From assembly GCA_965202585.1 (NCBI GenBank), contig OZ241832.1:65410001-65474000 (forward strand): DNA of 64,000 nucleotides, in the 5' to 3' direction. Positions within the stretch are counted from its first letter, which is position 1. Every line of letters begins with the position of its first letter. The notes beneath the pieces were generated by a model. It saw nothing but the letters and a program-made list of their open reading frames with translations, was not told where the DNA came from and did not search any database. This DNA is from Thalia democratica (Eukaryota). A program made the translations under genes and the position numbers. Of this stretch, positions 1 through 12,929 are shown piece by piece.

Positions 1-689
1 CTCCACTTTCAGCACACACTGAGCTCCTAGCCATGCAGTTATTCCTCCACGAGTACCCAGCCATAAATTATTAAATCCCACTTCGATAAACGACCCCCCA
101 TTGAACGCTGTAGCAGTAGTTACCTCAATAATACGTTTCATATCTTTTCTAACATAATTGTCATCTAACGTGTCGCTCGGTATAGTAACATTATCCAAAA
201 TTATCTTCTCAGTCCCGTAAAACTCCTGACCCACCATTCCGTAGCCTCTCAATCTAGCTATTAAAGTACCAGCTGCTATCGTAGAACCTGATTTAACCTC
301 AAAGAGCACATTATTCGAACTTACTAACACAAGTCCCAACCCTGTATTGGGGACCACCGTGACATGCGGCCTAGCTGCTAAGCTCGGCGGAGGGGAGGAC
401 CTCTAACATCAGGGTAACTAGCCAGCAACGTGTCCACACCATTATTTGCTTGCGTTACCACATAATCATGCGCATCAACGAACCAGCCTATGAAATCCTC
501 TCGCGTCTGCCCTTCTATATTCGAGAGACCCACACCTCTTAAATTATTTTCGAGTTGCGTCATGTAACGCCCATTACTCGCTGCTAACAATCTAGCGCTT
601 TTAGATGCCTCAATAACCCTACGAGCTATAGTCCCAACGTAATCAGCCCACCTGCGAACCCCAGTAGTTCTGTTAGTATTTACGCTCAT
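1..689 (-). pseudogene. Endogenous viral-like ORF (EVE1), probable dsRNA-virus (Sedoreoviridae-like) capsid homolog; one frameshift; runs off the window
   Basis: ATG at 689 gives MSVNTNRTTGVRRWADYVGTIARRVIEASKSARLLAASNGRYMTQLENNLRGV...DVRGPP. After a frameshift in the C-rich tract near 391-399 the frame is open to position 1 (ARPHVT...LRGYGMVGQEFYGTE...LDDNYVRKDMK...EVGFNNLWLGTRGGITAW). It is GC-richer than the flanks and clearly homologous to the 37092-37826 ORF. Viral identity is inference. Confidence 0.65.
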
Positions 690-699
690 CTTCCAATAA

Positions 700-828
700 T
701 GTTTATTTTTAAAAGACTTTATCATAAATAAATATATCTTTCTTTGTTGAGTTTATTTACAAACTAATTAAAAGAATGATAAAGTCTGTAATACAAAACA
801 TAACTAAAACTAGGTAAATACTTCTACA
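700..828 (-). mobile_element. Candidate 5' LTR of a Ty3/Gypsy-type element carrying EVE1
   Basis: Minus strand starts TGTAG and contains AATAAA. It shares blocks (TTTTAGT..TATGTTT, CAGA.TTTA.CATT) with the 114-bp LTR at 37922-38035. Its outer end at 828 cuts the repeat 'ga|atcatgttgtgg', which is intact at ~1993 and ~39472. The inner boundary is uncertain (TG at 700 or 745), and the partner LTR and TSD lie outside the window. Confidence 0.55.
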
Positions 829-2561
829 ATCATGTTGTGGTAAAAACTTTGTTGATCCTATTTCAATTGGATCCTTGTTCAGTCAAACTTGATTGTTGAA
901 AGCAGGTTTTCATCAGATGTGTGTTTGTGTTGTTTAAAAAAATTTTCTTCTGTTGTTTCAAAATTTCCATAACTGAAACCAAACTTTCATCATTAGAATC
1001 TACTTTCAATGACTAGTAATTTTTACAATAGAATATAAATTCTAATTATTCACTTTTATAAATTCAAATGTTTCTCAGGTATATGTTTAATTTTTTAAGA
1101 GCTTCATACTTTCTTTTTATCTCTTTTGCCTTATAAAAATTAAGCATACATTTTTTGATATTAGGATCTAATACCAAATGATTTCTCTTTATTACTTGAC
1201 ATCCTAATTTTTTTGATGTTTCTCAGGTACATAGGTAATTATTTTATAACAGTTTTATACTCTGTGGTTATTCATTACTTAAAAAAAGCTTTATTAATGA
1301 CATTTAGAAAATCAGCAGTACTATGGCTTAAAATCATGTTTTAATATACAATATTCTTTAAGCTTGTTTAAGACTTACTTTTCATGTTTCCAAAATACTT
1401 TTAGTACACCTATAGTTTTTTTTCCCCTGAATGATTGGTCTTATTATATGTAAGAGGGTGCCCTTCGAATACTATTTTGTTGTGTTTGCCTACATAAGGT
1501 ACTTCAGTAGAGTGTTTACTCTATAAGTCTTTTGTCGCTTTTAAACTTTGAGAAAAAATACGTCAATTTATTAATGTTATCTTCAACCTTCCACGCCTCT
1601 TCTAATTCTAGATCGCGACTTCTTCTGCGTTAAATCCGGTAAAGAAACTAACACTGGAAATCTTACCACCATAAAAAAGCTGATCCGCTGACAGTCGACG
1701 ACTCTCACTTTTTGTCTGAATCATTCTAATGATATTAAACATAGTTGGATCATTAGTATTATTCTCCATAATCAAATTTAAACAAAATGTTCTGGCAATT
1801 AATCACCGTTCTTTTTGTCTTCTTTGATCAAATTTAAATAAATTATTCTAACAATCAATTTATTATCTTTAACTCTTTAGTCAAATTCAAATGCGAAGCT
1901 ATCTAACAATTATTTTATTTGGCTCCAATGAATACTTTTTTAAATAAAAGAGAAAACACTGAAATTTTTAATATATTATAATTTTTTGAATGAATCATGT
2001 TGTGGTAAAAACTTTGTTGATCCCATTTCAATTGGATCCTTGTTCAGTCAAACTTGATTGTTGAAAGCAGGTTTTCATCAGATGTGTGTTTGTGTTGTTT
2101 AAAAAAATTTTCTTCTGTTGTTTCAAAATTTTCCATAACTGAAACCAAACTTTCATCATTAGAATCTACTTTCAATGACTAGTAATTTTTACAATAGAAT
2201 ATAAATTCTAATTATTCACTTTTACAAATTCAAATGTTTCTCAGGTATATGTTCAATTTTTGAAGAGCTTCATACTTTCTTTTTATCTCTTTTGCCTTAT
2301 AAAAATTAAGCATACATTTTTTGATATTAGGATCTAATACCAAATGATTTCTCTTTATTACTTGACATCCTAATTTTTTTGATGTTTCTCAGGTACATAG
2401 GTAATTATTTTATAACAGTTTTATACTCTGTGGTTATTCATTACTTAAAAAAAGCTTTATTAATGACATTTAGAAAATCAGCAGTACTACGGCTTAAAAT
2501 CATGTTTTAACATACAATATTCTTTAAGCTTGTTTAAGACTTACTTTTCATGTTTCCAAAA
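829..2561. repeat. Local direct duplication: 829-1395 nearly identical to 1995-2561; paralog at ~39473-40215
   Basis: Both copies begin atcatgttgtggtaaaaactttgttgatcc and match through ttcatgtttccaaaat. Confidence 0.9.
1527..1943 (-). other. 417-bp orphan insertion with decayed coding signature, flanked by ATAA duplication
   Basis: Absent from the paralog at ~39420 (ctctataaaagggaaaacactg). The minus strand reads MENNTNDPTMFNIIRMIQTKSESRRLSADQLFYGGKISSVSFFTGFNAEEVA, then after a frameshift DLELEEAWKVEDNINKLTYFFSKFKSDKR. I do not recognise the family. Confidence 0.6.
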
Positions 2562-3399
2562 TAATAGCTTACATATTTTACAAATTTACATTTTATCTCT
2601 TACCATAAAACATTCATCAAAAGTGATCATGCTTTATCACTTGACTTCCAAAGATGAACTTTGCAGTGCTCAACTTATTAAGACTCAAAGGATTGCTCAA
2701 AACAATCTACTTTTTTACCTTTAACAAAGTATACATTATAACTATTCTGTTAAGGATAAATATCTATTTTTGTGTGAAGTCCGCAATGTTTTTATACGAT
2801 GAATGAGTTCCCATTTGGATAACAAATAGTTTTCTGATTCTAAATTGTTTTAAAAACAAAGATTGCCTTTGTACTGGTTTTAATTAAAATTGTACTTATT
2901 TTATTTGAAAGCTAAATATTTCAATTGTGTAAGCTTTCATTTTGTAAACTCAAATTTATATCTTTTATACCTACTCCCACAAAATTTAATAGTTATCACA
3001 TTATACCCTTTTGTGTATGCAAACATGCTATTTCTACAACCAGTATGATGTAATAACTAAAGTTTCTAATTGACTGCTATATGAGTGATTCTCTTACATG
3101 AATGAAGCAACGCTTGAACATTTTTGTTGCTTCTATTAAATCAAACCCGTTGTAGTTTTTCCTTTTTGTACAAGACTTGACTTATTGAACATACAGTATA
3201 CTAAAAAATGTTTATATACTTAAACAAGTATAGTTGACTTGAAATTATTTTTTAACTATTATTATGTTTTAACAACCAAGCAATGGAGTTGCCACATACA
3301 AGTTGTTCATCTCTAGCTATGCTATCTTCAACAACTTGTCTTTGACTATTGTCTATTGATTTTACCAGAAATTCTTCTTTTATTCTTATTTAAATGTTT

Positions 3400-4900
3400 T
3401 GAGTTAGACTCTTCATTTTTATGTAATGTTTCCATTCTTAGTAATAAATACACTCTTAGTAGGTTTTAAGGTCAGTTTTTCTGTACACCTATTAAAACCA
3501 TGTTAGGAAAAAGAAATCTTTTACTCATTGTAAAAATGTGTTTTGTATTACCACTAAATGTTACTTGCAACAAAAAATGGTAATTGTTTTTCTAGATTCT
3601 TCTATTTTGACATGTGTATTTTCAAAAGCCATCCCACAATACTGGTTGTGCTTACTTAATTATTACCAAGTAAATATATTTAACCTTTCTAGGTGAATTA
3701 CATAAAGTAAATATTATTCTTGATCTAAACAAAATTTATTAATCGGAAATATTTAGATTATTTACAGTTCAAAATATATTAAAACACTTTCTTTGGCTTT
3801 AACTTTGAATAATTTGTGTGGCAGTGCACCGAGTTTCAACTAAATTTTTATTTGATAAAATAATTTATTTGAACATTTTTTCACTGAATTAAAGTTACTT
3901 CTTCCTTTAATTTTCAAGGAATTTTTCGTCATTCACAAAGAAACTTATTGAACCTGTTTTCTGATTGAATGAATTACCAGTTTCATATACAGAAATTTGT
4001 GTTTAGTTTAGAAAAACCTAATATGGTTGTTGCAATGCAAGATTTAATTTTTCTTCTCTTCAAATGTTCCTCTTATAAAGATATGAGCAGTTTATAAAGC
4101 ATTACTTTTTTTTTGTATGAACAAATACACACTATGTAGGTTTTAAAGTCAGTTTTGCTGTACAAATATACAACTCTTTTATGAAAAAAGCTTACAATTT
4201 AATCATTGTGAATATATGTATTTTATTACAACTAATTTGTTGGCAATGAGCCAAGGCCCAAAAAAAAGGTATTTGTTTTTCTGGATTCTTCTATTTTGAC
4301 ATGGTTATTTTCTAAAATATCAAAAACAATATTACACCAATCTTACTTTACATCATTAATTTAAAAATTGAAAAACTTTTCTACGTAATCTTTAGAAACT
4401 GGCCATTTTTTATAATATCAATGGTCATAAGATTATCAAATTTTGACTTTGAAGTTTTGTCAAAGCTTGAAATTTCTTTTTCAATGTTTTCTTCTTCTGT
4501 TTCACTTTCACTTGTTATACTTTTGTTTGTTAGACCTTCAGATTTGTTATTTTCTTTAGCAACTATTTTTCTTTTACACTTATTTGAATGTCTTTAGTGA
4601 GACTCCATTTTTGTGTAATGTTTTCCCTTTATATGAATAAGTACACTCAGTGTAGGTTTTAAGGTCAGTTTTTATGCACAAATTTATAACTTGTTCATGA
4701 AATACTAAATAAAAACTAAATTTTATATATTATGAATATTTTGTATTCCTTTATTACAATTAGAATGCTGGCAATAGACTGTGGCTTAAAATAGGAATTG
4801 TTTTTCTTAATTCTTTTACTTTGACATGATTATTTTCATAAGCCAGCGCACAATACGGGTGTGCTTACTTGATCATCACCAAGTAAATATATTTACAAAG
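3400..4900 (-). repeat. Three degenerate copies of a Cys/His-containing module (probable transposon N-terminal relic); further copies at ~41150-41900
   Basis: Motif gtaggtttta(a/g)ggtcagtttt recurs at ~3459, ~4137 and ~4652, with tctattttgacatg and cacaatac(t/g)g(g)ttgtgcttactt recurring downstream. Minus-strand translation gives H(N)PYC.LA(F/Y)ENNHVK..E.RKT. Confidence 0.35.
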
Positions 4901-5539
4901 TTATGTATTATTTATTATACCAAGTTTTCATAATATTCGTTATCAACATTCCTTAGTTTAAAATTGCAAGCAGGAAAACAATAATTAATTTTAAACATTT
5001 CTTTAATATTAAGAAGATGTAATTTTGTTGTATTTTTAAGTTCTTTTAATTAATTTTAAAGGTCTAGGCAATTGATCATTAAGGAGCTGCTTAATTTTCT
5101 TATTTGCACTTTCAGCACAATAATTTGTTTAAGGAGTACAAGTACATGGAGTATTATATGTAAAATTTTTAATTAAAGGATCACAACATTGATCTTAATT
5201 TTATGAAATATTTAAAATGTATAGGATTTAATTGATTCATTACTATTTATTTGTTCTGGAAAGTTTGAAATTAAATGAAAATTATCATGAAGATTATTTA
5301 TGGTCCAGCATTAAGTTGATTTTTTACCATTAGTTTAAGTTTTTTATTAGAATTAGTTTTATGAGAGATACTTTTTGGTACTTGTAAATGGCAAAAATAT
5401 ATATCTATGTTATTAGAAGTCTTATTTAAGAAACTTACAATACTTGCTTCCTGGTCAGTGCGAAATATATTTAACAACAATCAACAATTCCTTCTTCCGG
5501 ATCAACAATTCCTTCTTCTGCGTATTTTTTCATTTTTGA

Positions 5540-5800
5540 GACTGAAAAGACCGCAGACAATAGTAGTGCCCAATTTAATATGTTTAACAATTATTGGCTT
5601 CTAATGTCTCCCTATCTCATTTTACTCTTTTTGTTCATTAACTCTATACCTTTTTACTAATAAATCTTTATTATTAAAAGATTAAGGAAAAGTTGTTAAT
5701 AAACTTTTACCGCTGCCAAATACTCTGTAAAGAATTCTTTGAGTTGCCGTCCTCTATGATACTTTGCTGTGCTGAAATTTTTAGAAAATCCATTTGATTT
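5540..5800 (-). mobile_element. Merlin (ISXO2/IS1595-like) transposase relic
   Basis: Broken translation KYHRGRQL..YFGSG...DRETLE.IIVKHIKLGTTIV matches the ISXO2 pattern GR..WVFG..DRETL..I..G.TI.SD. Confidence 0.55.
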
Positions 5801-6179
5801 TGTGTGTGGTGGAGTGTTAGATTTTAAATTAATTTTTTTGTTTATGTAATAATTTATTTTTGGAGTAAGATCTTATAGCCCTGGGTTTTAGTTTCAATTT
5901 TCCTTTTTAAAAATTAAAACAATGGCAGTCTATACCTGTATTACAATGTTGGAAAATTTCATTATCTAAAACTATTATTTAATTATAATATTTATAGTTT
6001 TACTAGAATACACCTTCCTACTTCTTTTACCTAAATTACTATAATTATTATTATTTATATTTTATTTAAACTATTTTTATCTAGGTTATAGCTACTAATT
6101 TCTTAATACGGTAGTTTAGAGGTTGCCTATGGGTTTACAATAGATTTTTTGATATCTTCAAATTGAAAAAGCAGTAACT

Positions 6180-7140
6180 ATCTTAATTTTTGGACTATAA
6201 TTTTAGGACTTGACGGTTCCTTAACAGCTGATTAACTACAAAAATTGGTGTTTTCTGCTACATTGATTAAAACAGGCTTGTTCAGGTTTAAACAAATATA
6301 AGGTTGTAAAACAAATCTGAAAATTAAGTCCAAACTTTTGTTAATATACCTTTTTCTTTTAGGAGTGCAAGATGAGAATTGTTTAGAATTTAATATATTA
6401 TTTTATTTCATTATATTTTGTAAAAGAGCTACACTCTTCCATCAAAAATTTTGATTTTTAAGAGTTTCATTATCAATATTTGCTTTTGAATTACCATTTT
6501 TTTGTGTGCTACAAAAGATTCTGTTAGAATTTGAAAACACAGAATTAACCGCTTTTGTTATAGAATATTCTTGATCACTGACAAAAGTTAATTTGGAGAT
6601 TGCCAATCTTTTAAATAAAAAGTTTCATCTGCTATTTCTTGCAAGGTTTTATCTATGGTTTATAAATTAATGTAGTAATATAAAACTCTGACCTATCAAA
6701 AGTCTTATCAACTTGGATACGACATTTATAATTTGGGTTTGTAATAAGCTTGTATAGGCCATAAAAACTATCTTTAATATATAATACGACAGATTACAAT
6801 TCTTATTTACATTTGTTTAAAATGTTTCTTTGGACAAAGTCAATATTACCAGCCTTTTTACTTAGATTACAGATTTCTTCAACCACATTTCTGTCAACCA
6901 AACGGTTTTTTTCAGTTTTTTCTCTACTCCCTTTGTTACATCTGTACAATTCTCTTTTTATGTCATAACTGAATTTAAAAGTATTAGTAAGTTTAATGAT
7001 TGTAATTTATTGAGTAGTTTGTAAAACAAGTAATTACTTGCATGGTTTGCTGCATTTTGGACACAGAGCTCCTTTTGGCAAAACTCTGTGTTGTTGAAGA
7101 AACTTTCTGGAGAATTAATTGTCTTCTCTTTGGGCGTCAA
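6180..7140 (-). mobile_element. MULE (Mutator-like) transposase relic
   Basis: IQVDKTFDRSEFYITT near 6680-6730 and FVSDQEYSITKAVNSVFSNSNRIFC near 6520-6590 match the MULE DDE pattern (D.TFN / D.E.A..NA...FP.....C). Confidence 0.65.
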
Positions 7141-7489
7141 ATAATACTATGCTTATTAAGGGGTTGTCTATACAAAAACAGTTCATAATAAAATTATACA
7201 TTAACTCTATAGCTTCTTACTAATTAATGTTTATCTTTATAAGTTTAAAAAAGTTGTTTGTTTTGGTACTATGTAACCAAGCAATGTTTTTAATTTTTTA
7301 AAGTTAATGTAGTAATATAAACTCTGACCTATTAAGAGTCTTATCGACATGGATAAGGCATTTATAATTTAAATTTTTAACAAGCAAAACAGGTCATATA
7401 GACTATCCTTAAAATATAATACAAACAAAGGCAATTCACTTTTACATTTAAAATACATCTTTGGACAAAGTCATCATTACCAGCTTTTT

Positions 7490-8230
7490 ACTTAGATCAC
7501 AGATTTTTTTAACCACGATTCTGACAACTTAACGGTTTGACAAAAACTCATTTTTAGTTTTGTTTTCTCACATTTCACATTTCTGTTAAAGGCAGGACCA
7601 ATTACAGCAATACTTTTATGGGCTTGGATCTTATAGTTGGTTAATAATGTTGCAATTGTTTGTGGACATTTATATGCCACTAAAACATTCGGGTTCTCTT
7701 TTGTTCTTTGTGAGTTTTGGAAAGTTTGTTGTCCAGAGACTTATATTCTCATTAACTTTTCTTGCCTTCTTCATTGGAGGTCCAAACCGATCTTTCCATT
7801 CTGCTATGAATTTACCCATATTGTCAACTAAAGCTTAACAGAAGTAAGACTTATAACATTTATCTTTTAAAGACTCTATTGTTTCTAGATAATCACTGTC
7901 ACGTTTGCACAATCTCCTTAGTCTTAAAGACTCTCCGAATACAATTGTTTTGTAACTGGAGCGTGGATAGTGTGATTTTCCATTTACAAATACACAATTT
8001 TTTGCTGTTGGTTTTATATAGTTTTTTACATAAAAGCTGCCTTTTTCTGTTTAGTCAATGACGTGGTTGACATCCAAAATATTTCAGTTTTACAGTAGTA
8101 TATTGCAACATTTTTTAAAAGGTTTTGAAGCATGGTGGTAATTCTAAATAAGAAATCGCCTAAAGCCCAATTCATTCATTTTGGTGTTTCTCTTTTTTTG
8201 TTTCAACTTGTTCTGGTTAAATTTATGAGT
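7490..8230 (-). mobile_element. Penelope-like element relic (RT thumb plus linker)
   Basis: ILDVNHVID..KGSFYVKNYIKPTAKNCVFVNGKSHYPRSSYKTIVFGESLRLRRLCKRDSDYLETIESLKDKCYKS, followed by WKDRFGPP...AYKCPQTIATLLTNYK. Confidence 0.6.
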
Positions 8231-9059
8231 CATAATGTTGGGTAGATTTGTCCTGGGTTATCATTTTTTAAATATTTAGCTTTTGGACCTGTTATTTTTG
8301 ACAGTATTCCACTAATGTTATTTTTTTCCAATTGTGTGAAATAATATGTTTTCATCTATTCAATAACCTTCATAACTTATAAAAACAGTTATATATTTAC
8401 CTTCGCTTCACTTTCAGTATTTGAAAGTGTTTGTCAGACAATTAGGTAAAATGTTGTTGATTACCACATTTTTTACTTGAACTTTTAATAATTTGGACAG
8501 TTTTCAAATCTAATACTCCTGACTTTTTTTATTTATGACATGTTGTTGTATGGAACTTTATTTTAAATTATAATAATTTTCATGACATTCAAATTCAAGC
8601 ATAGTTTGAATGTGATCAACAGGATTCTAGTTGATAAAATTTATTTTAACCACATATTTTATATTTAGAAAATTCCAAATGTTTGCTACAGTTCTTTTTA
8701 GCTTGAAGTATTTGTGGTAATTATGGTAATATTCAACATTTAAATTTCTTTATTTTCATTAACATTTGTTTTTCAACGTTATAAATATCACAATTATCAT
8801 CTGGTGCTTCCATAAAATTCACCAGAAATTTGCTTTTAGTTCATATATTTGTAATTTTTTTATAACAACTATTGCTTGAAAGATATAGTCAAACCATATA
8901 TAATGAAAAGGAAAATGTTTTGGAAACTCATGCCTTCTAAGTTAAGGAATATTTTAGGAATTACACTAGTTTGTGAAGGTTTTCAAGAAATGTTCTTTCA
9001 TTTCCTATCTAAGAGTTGAAGAAATTCTTTAACATGTTCTTTATAAACTTTTTCTGACA

Positions 9060-9470
9060 TTACTGAGTTTTGTTTTTCATCTGGTGCTTCCTTAAAATTC
9101 ACCAGAAATTCTCAATTGTCTGTGTGTAAATCCACGGTTTCTAAGAACCACAAATCCGACTGCATGATTAACCGTTTGGTGGATGTAGTTTAATGTTTTC
9201 CCATCCACCAAATTTGCTTCAACAATCGAAAATTAATGCCGCCACTTTTTAATTAAAGATTTGTTTTTTGATTTTGATAGTCAAACAATAAACCAAGTAT
9301 CTCTTTTGGAGTTTGTTAGTTTTACTTTTGATTCAACAACTCCACGTCCACACTGGAAACAGACTTCACAGTATGTCAAATTGTTTGGTGGTCCACCAAT
9401 CAAAAGTATGTCGATAGCAATTTGCTTGCGATATTCATTGGTTTCACTAAGACTTGATGTCTAGTCTTGA
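9060..9470 (-). mobile_element. Merlin transposase relic
   Basis: IGGP...GRGVVESK...YIHQTVNHAVGFV...HT..ENFW fits the Merlin motif H.TVNHS..FV....HT..IE..W. Confidence 0.5.
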
Positions 9471-10849
9471 TTGTTGTTTTTTAGCAATGATTTGGCATAC
9501 TGTCAAAAGCGTATTTTGTATAAATGTTTTATCTTAAGTTTTTTTAGTTTAATAACAACTTATATCTTCTAAAAAGTATATAATTAAAAAACATACATTT
9601 ATAATAGCTAGCTCGGCATTGTTATTGTGATCTTCAGTTAAGAGTTCTTGCGTATAGACTCTTAAGCCTATGATTACGATGTAAACTAAGTTTCCAAGAT
9701 AACTTTGAATTTCTCTATTATTTTCTTCCACTTCAAAGGATTCAAAGCCATCAAAAATTGTTTAGACTTGTTGATATACTGAAAACAATTTATATTTAAT
9801 TATTGTATTTAAAATTAACAAAGTTTAAACTATTTAATTATTAATTTAAATACATCTAATGGCTCACCACTAAACGTGGAGTGAATACTTTATCAAAAAA
9901 ATTACTTTATCAGCTTTCATCATTTCTTCAAAGTGTTGTCTTCTAAAAATCCACATAAAGCATGGTTGATTCTCCTTTCATGCACAGATATAACACATGT
10001 ATCTGTATTAATAAAAATTCAATAAGGTTTGTGGTATTGTTTTAATACTTGTGACCAAATATATTACCAGGTATTTTAAAATTTTTCAAATAATACTCTG
10101 CTACACTTGGTGATAATCTTCTTGATGGTTTAATTGAATGATAGTCGTAGTGCCACAAAAAGAATTGTTGGTTTTGACTAACACTTGCTAAGACTAAAGA
10201 TGGTTGACATTTCTACAAATGAGCTCTCTAAAAATGTCAGTTGTTTATAATGTTTTTTTTTAAATTGAAATATATCTATGACTTACATCTCTCAAAGTTT
10301 GACACATCATTCCTTGTTCTGTTGTGTTCCTTTCAATTTGTTCAGCTTCAAAAAGTTGTTAATGTTTATTTTTGAGAGCAAACAGCGTATTTAATAACAA
10401 GTTTATTTTGATATCTTCTTTTATAATAAAAAATACGTACTACATGATTCTCATTTCAGTACGATTTTACGGACTTGGCTTCTTTGCTTGTTTTGTTTAT
10501 ACAAAAATAATTTTCATCTTGTTCATCTGCTGGATTGTCTTCCTTAACAGGATCAATACTATCATCAAACACTTGATGATTTCTCCGAGAATTTTGTTAT
10601 CAAAAAGGTTTGATCATGTTAAGAAAAGTAATAAATGACTAAAAATTATAACTAATAATCTATACTTCTTTGTGCTGCTTCTATAAAGCTACCAATTTCC
10701 CAAACTTTTCTTCTTTTTGTGAAATCATTTTTAGCTTCTTCTTCTCGATTTGGATGGCATAATTGGTGATTTTTAAGATAGGAAAAAAGGACTTCTACAG
10801 CTTGGTTGTAGAAGCTTCAGTTTTAAATTTATATTGTAGGGTGCAATTA

Positions 10850-11250
10850 TTTTGCTTCTAAAATTACTTGTACAACTGTATGATATTTTAATTGTGTTGC
10901 GGTTGAATATTTTATTATATAAGTGGTTTTCATCAAAGCACTGAAATTATAAAATGATCTCCAAATATGACCTACATAGTTGAGTTTCCAACTTAATGAG
11001 AATGTTTTTTCAGTTGTTTGTAATTCAACAGAATCATAAAAATACATGACATTTTGCTGGTTATTGTATCTGAAAATCTGCAGTAAACTAATAATTTTGC
11101 TTCACCAAATACACCAACAATCTCATCTTTTAAACCAAAACAAAATTAAAGCCCAGGCTTAGGTTCTGTTTAGTATTAATAAAGCTTTTTTTAGGCACAA
11201 CCTATATGTTATTGTTCCTGGTTTAGATTTTTTCTTTGTATTATTTTCAA
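10850..11250 (-). mobile_element. Penelope-like linker relic
   Basis: FDENHLYNKIFNRNTIKISYSCTSNFRSKII resembles KYLNKNNIKLSYSCLPNIETII in the 26506-28676 element. Confidence 0.5.
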
Positions 11251-12929
11251 ACTTAGTTGTTCTTGTTTTCATTTTTTGATTAGTGTGTTAATTTTGAAAG
11301 TTCGGTTGCTTGTTTGTACTGTAGGTAATTACTTTAACATGATTAACTATTTGTTACTGATCTTTCTTATAATTTCAACAGTACTCCCAGAGCAACAAAA
11401 TTTTCTAATTTTATCTGATTTCATAAAAACAATCAAAATATTTCATTGCCTCACTTTTTTGACAAATTATGTTAAAAGAAGAATATTTTCAACAAGCTTT
11501 ATTTTTGTTAATTGGTGCTAAAAAACACATTTTTGCATATTTTTACAAACTCACACTGTACAAACTCTACTAGAAATTATCCAAGTATTTTGTTAAGTTG
11601 GTGTTGCTTATTAATAGTTTTTTCACCAAGATGACTTAATTTTGTTAGTCATCAGATCACACATCTAGCATACTACAATCAATTTCATAATAATAGCATA
11701 GCAAAAAGTTAGTAACACTTTTTCTTGCTGTTGCATATTTCCAAACATTTGTTTACAAGCTATCTAGTAATTTTACTAAGGTCATTCATTGTGAAAGTTT
11801 TTCTCAACTTTTTTTCAACATGTAAGGCTCTTGATTTGTCACCATTCATTTATTAAGATTAAAAATTTTATTTTTATTTATATTAAAAGTAATCATTTTT
11901 GAAATACATGGCTTTAAAGTAGTATACTATTAATAATTTTAAAAAAAGTACTTAGAGTCACTAGGGTGATATCAAACTTTGTGGTAATACTTCATTCTTT
12001 CAAATGATAAGTCAGGAATAGAAAGCGGTTTGCTAGTTGAAAATTGGTTATTAGTATGAGGAAAAAGAGGCATTGACGACTATGCATTAACACATGGCAT
12101 CAGGCATGAAGAAGCCACTGCCATGTCAAAAATTTCAGATGTTTTTGTCCAAATTAACCATAACATATTATTGTTTGGCATGTGTGTGGTCAACAACCAT
12201 GTTTTTATACCAAGTTGAATACCAGTGGGTACTTGGTTATTTGCAAGATTTTTTTGTTTTTACCCACATACAAAAATTTTGCGTGAAATATACAATGTTT
12301 TTTCTTTTCATGTTTCCATACCATTGTTATACTTAAGCCCGCTGTAACTAACCCTTTCTGTTAGTGTTCTTTCTCTCTTTTAAGTAGTTTTCATCCTTAG
12401 ATATAGACATTGATCTTTTATTGATTGAAATCATATCGAAGGTGATTTTGTTTTACATTGACATGTGTAACTTAAAAGTTTAGATTTTTATATTTTGATT
12501 TAAAACAATATTTTTGCACAGCGTCACCTTTCCAAGGAAGGTCACTTTTAAATGTGCTAATTTTGCACGCAACATAACTTTTGCATGCAGGTTAATTAAA
12601 TGTTTCTAGGTAGTACCAAATCTGTAACAAAAAAATTTAAGCTAATTTTATATGTACATTTTTATTTAATTACAAGCAGTAATGAAAAAAAAACATTGTG
12701 CATTTCTACAATGAAACATAACTCAACTCTTTTTTTTAACTTTATACTTTTTTTTTCAAGAATAAACACCAATAAAAAAATACTCTATATTCGACTGAAT
12801 TCAATCAACTGTTTAAATTTTAATATTAATTTATTTTTCAAATTTAAACAACCCACCATTCAATGTATATAAAATAAAAAAATTGTGTGGCTCATTGTTG
12901 ACAACTTCTGCTATGTCCTCGAGTTCATC

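Noticed and set aside
683-695. TGGAAGATGAGCG after the candidate LTR as a tRNA primer-binding site
   Set aside because: Beyond TGG it does not match any tRNA 3' end I know, and it overlaps the cargo start codon.
2530-12872. Short plus-strand ORFs of 60-90 aa in the track
   Set aside because: They have low-complexity F/L/I/K composition, no motifs, and mostly lie antisense to TE relics. They are not preserved between paralogs.
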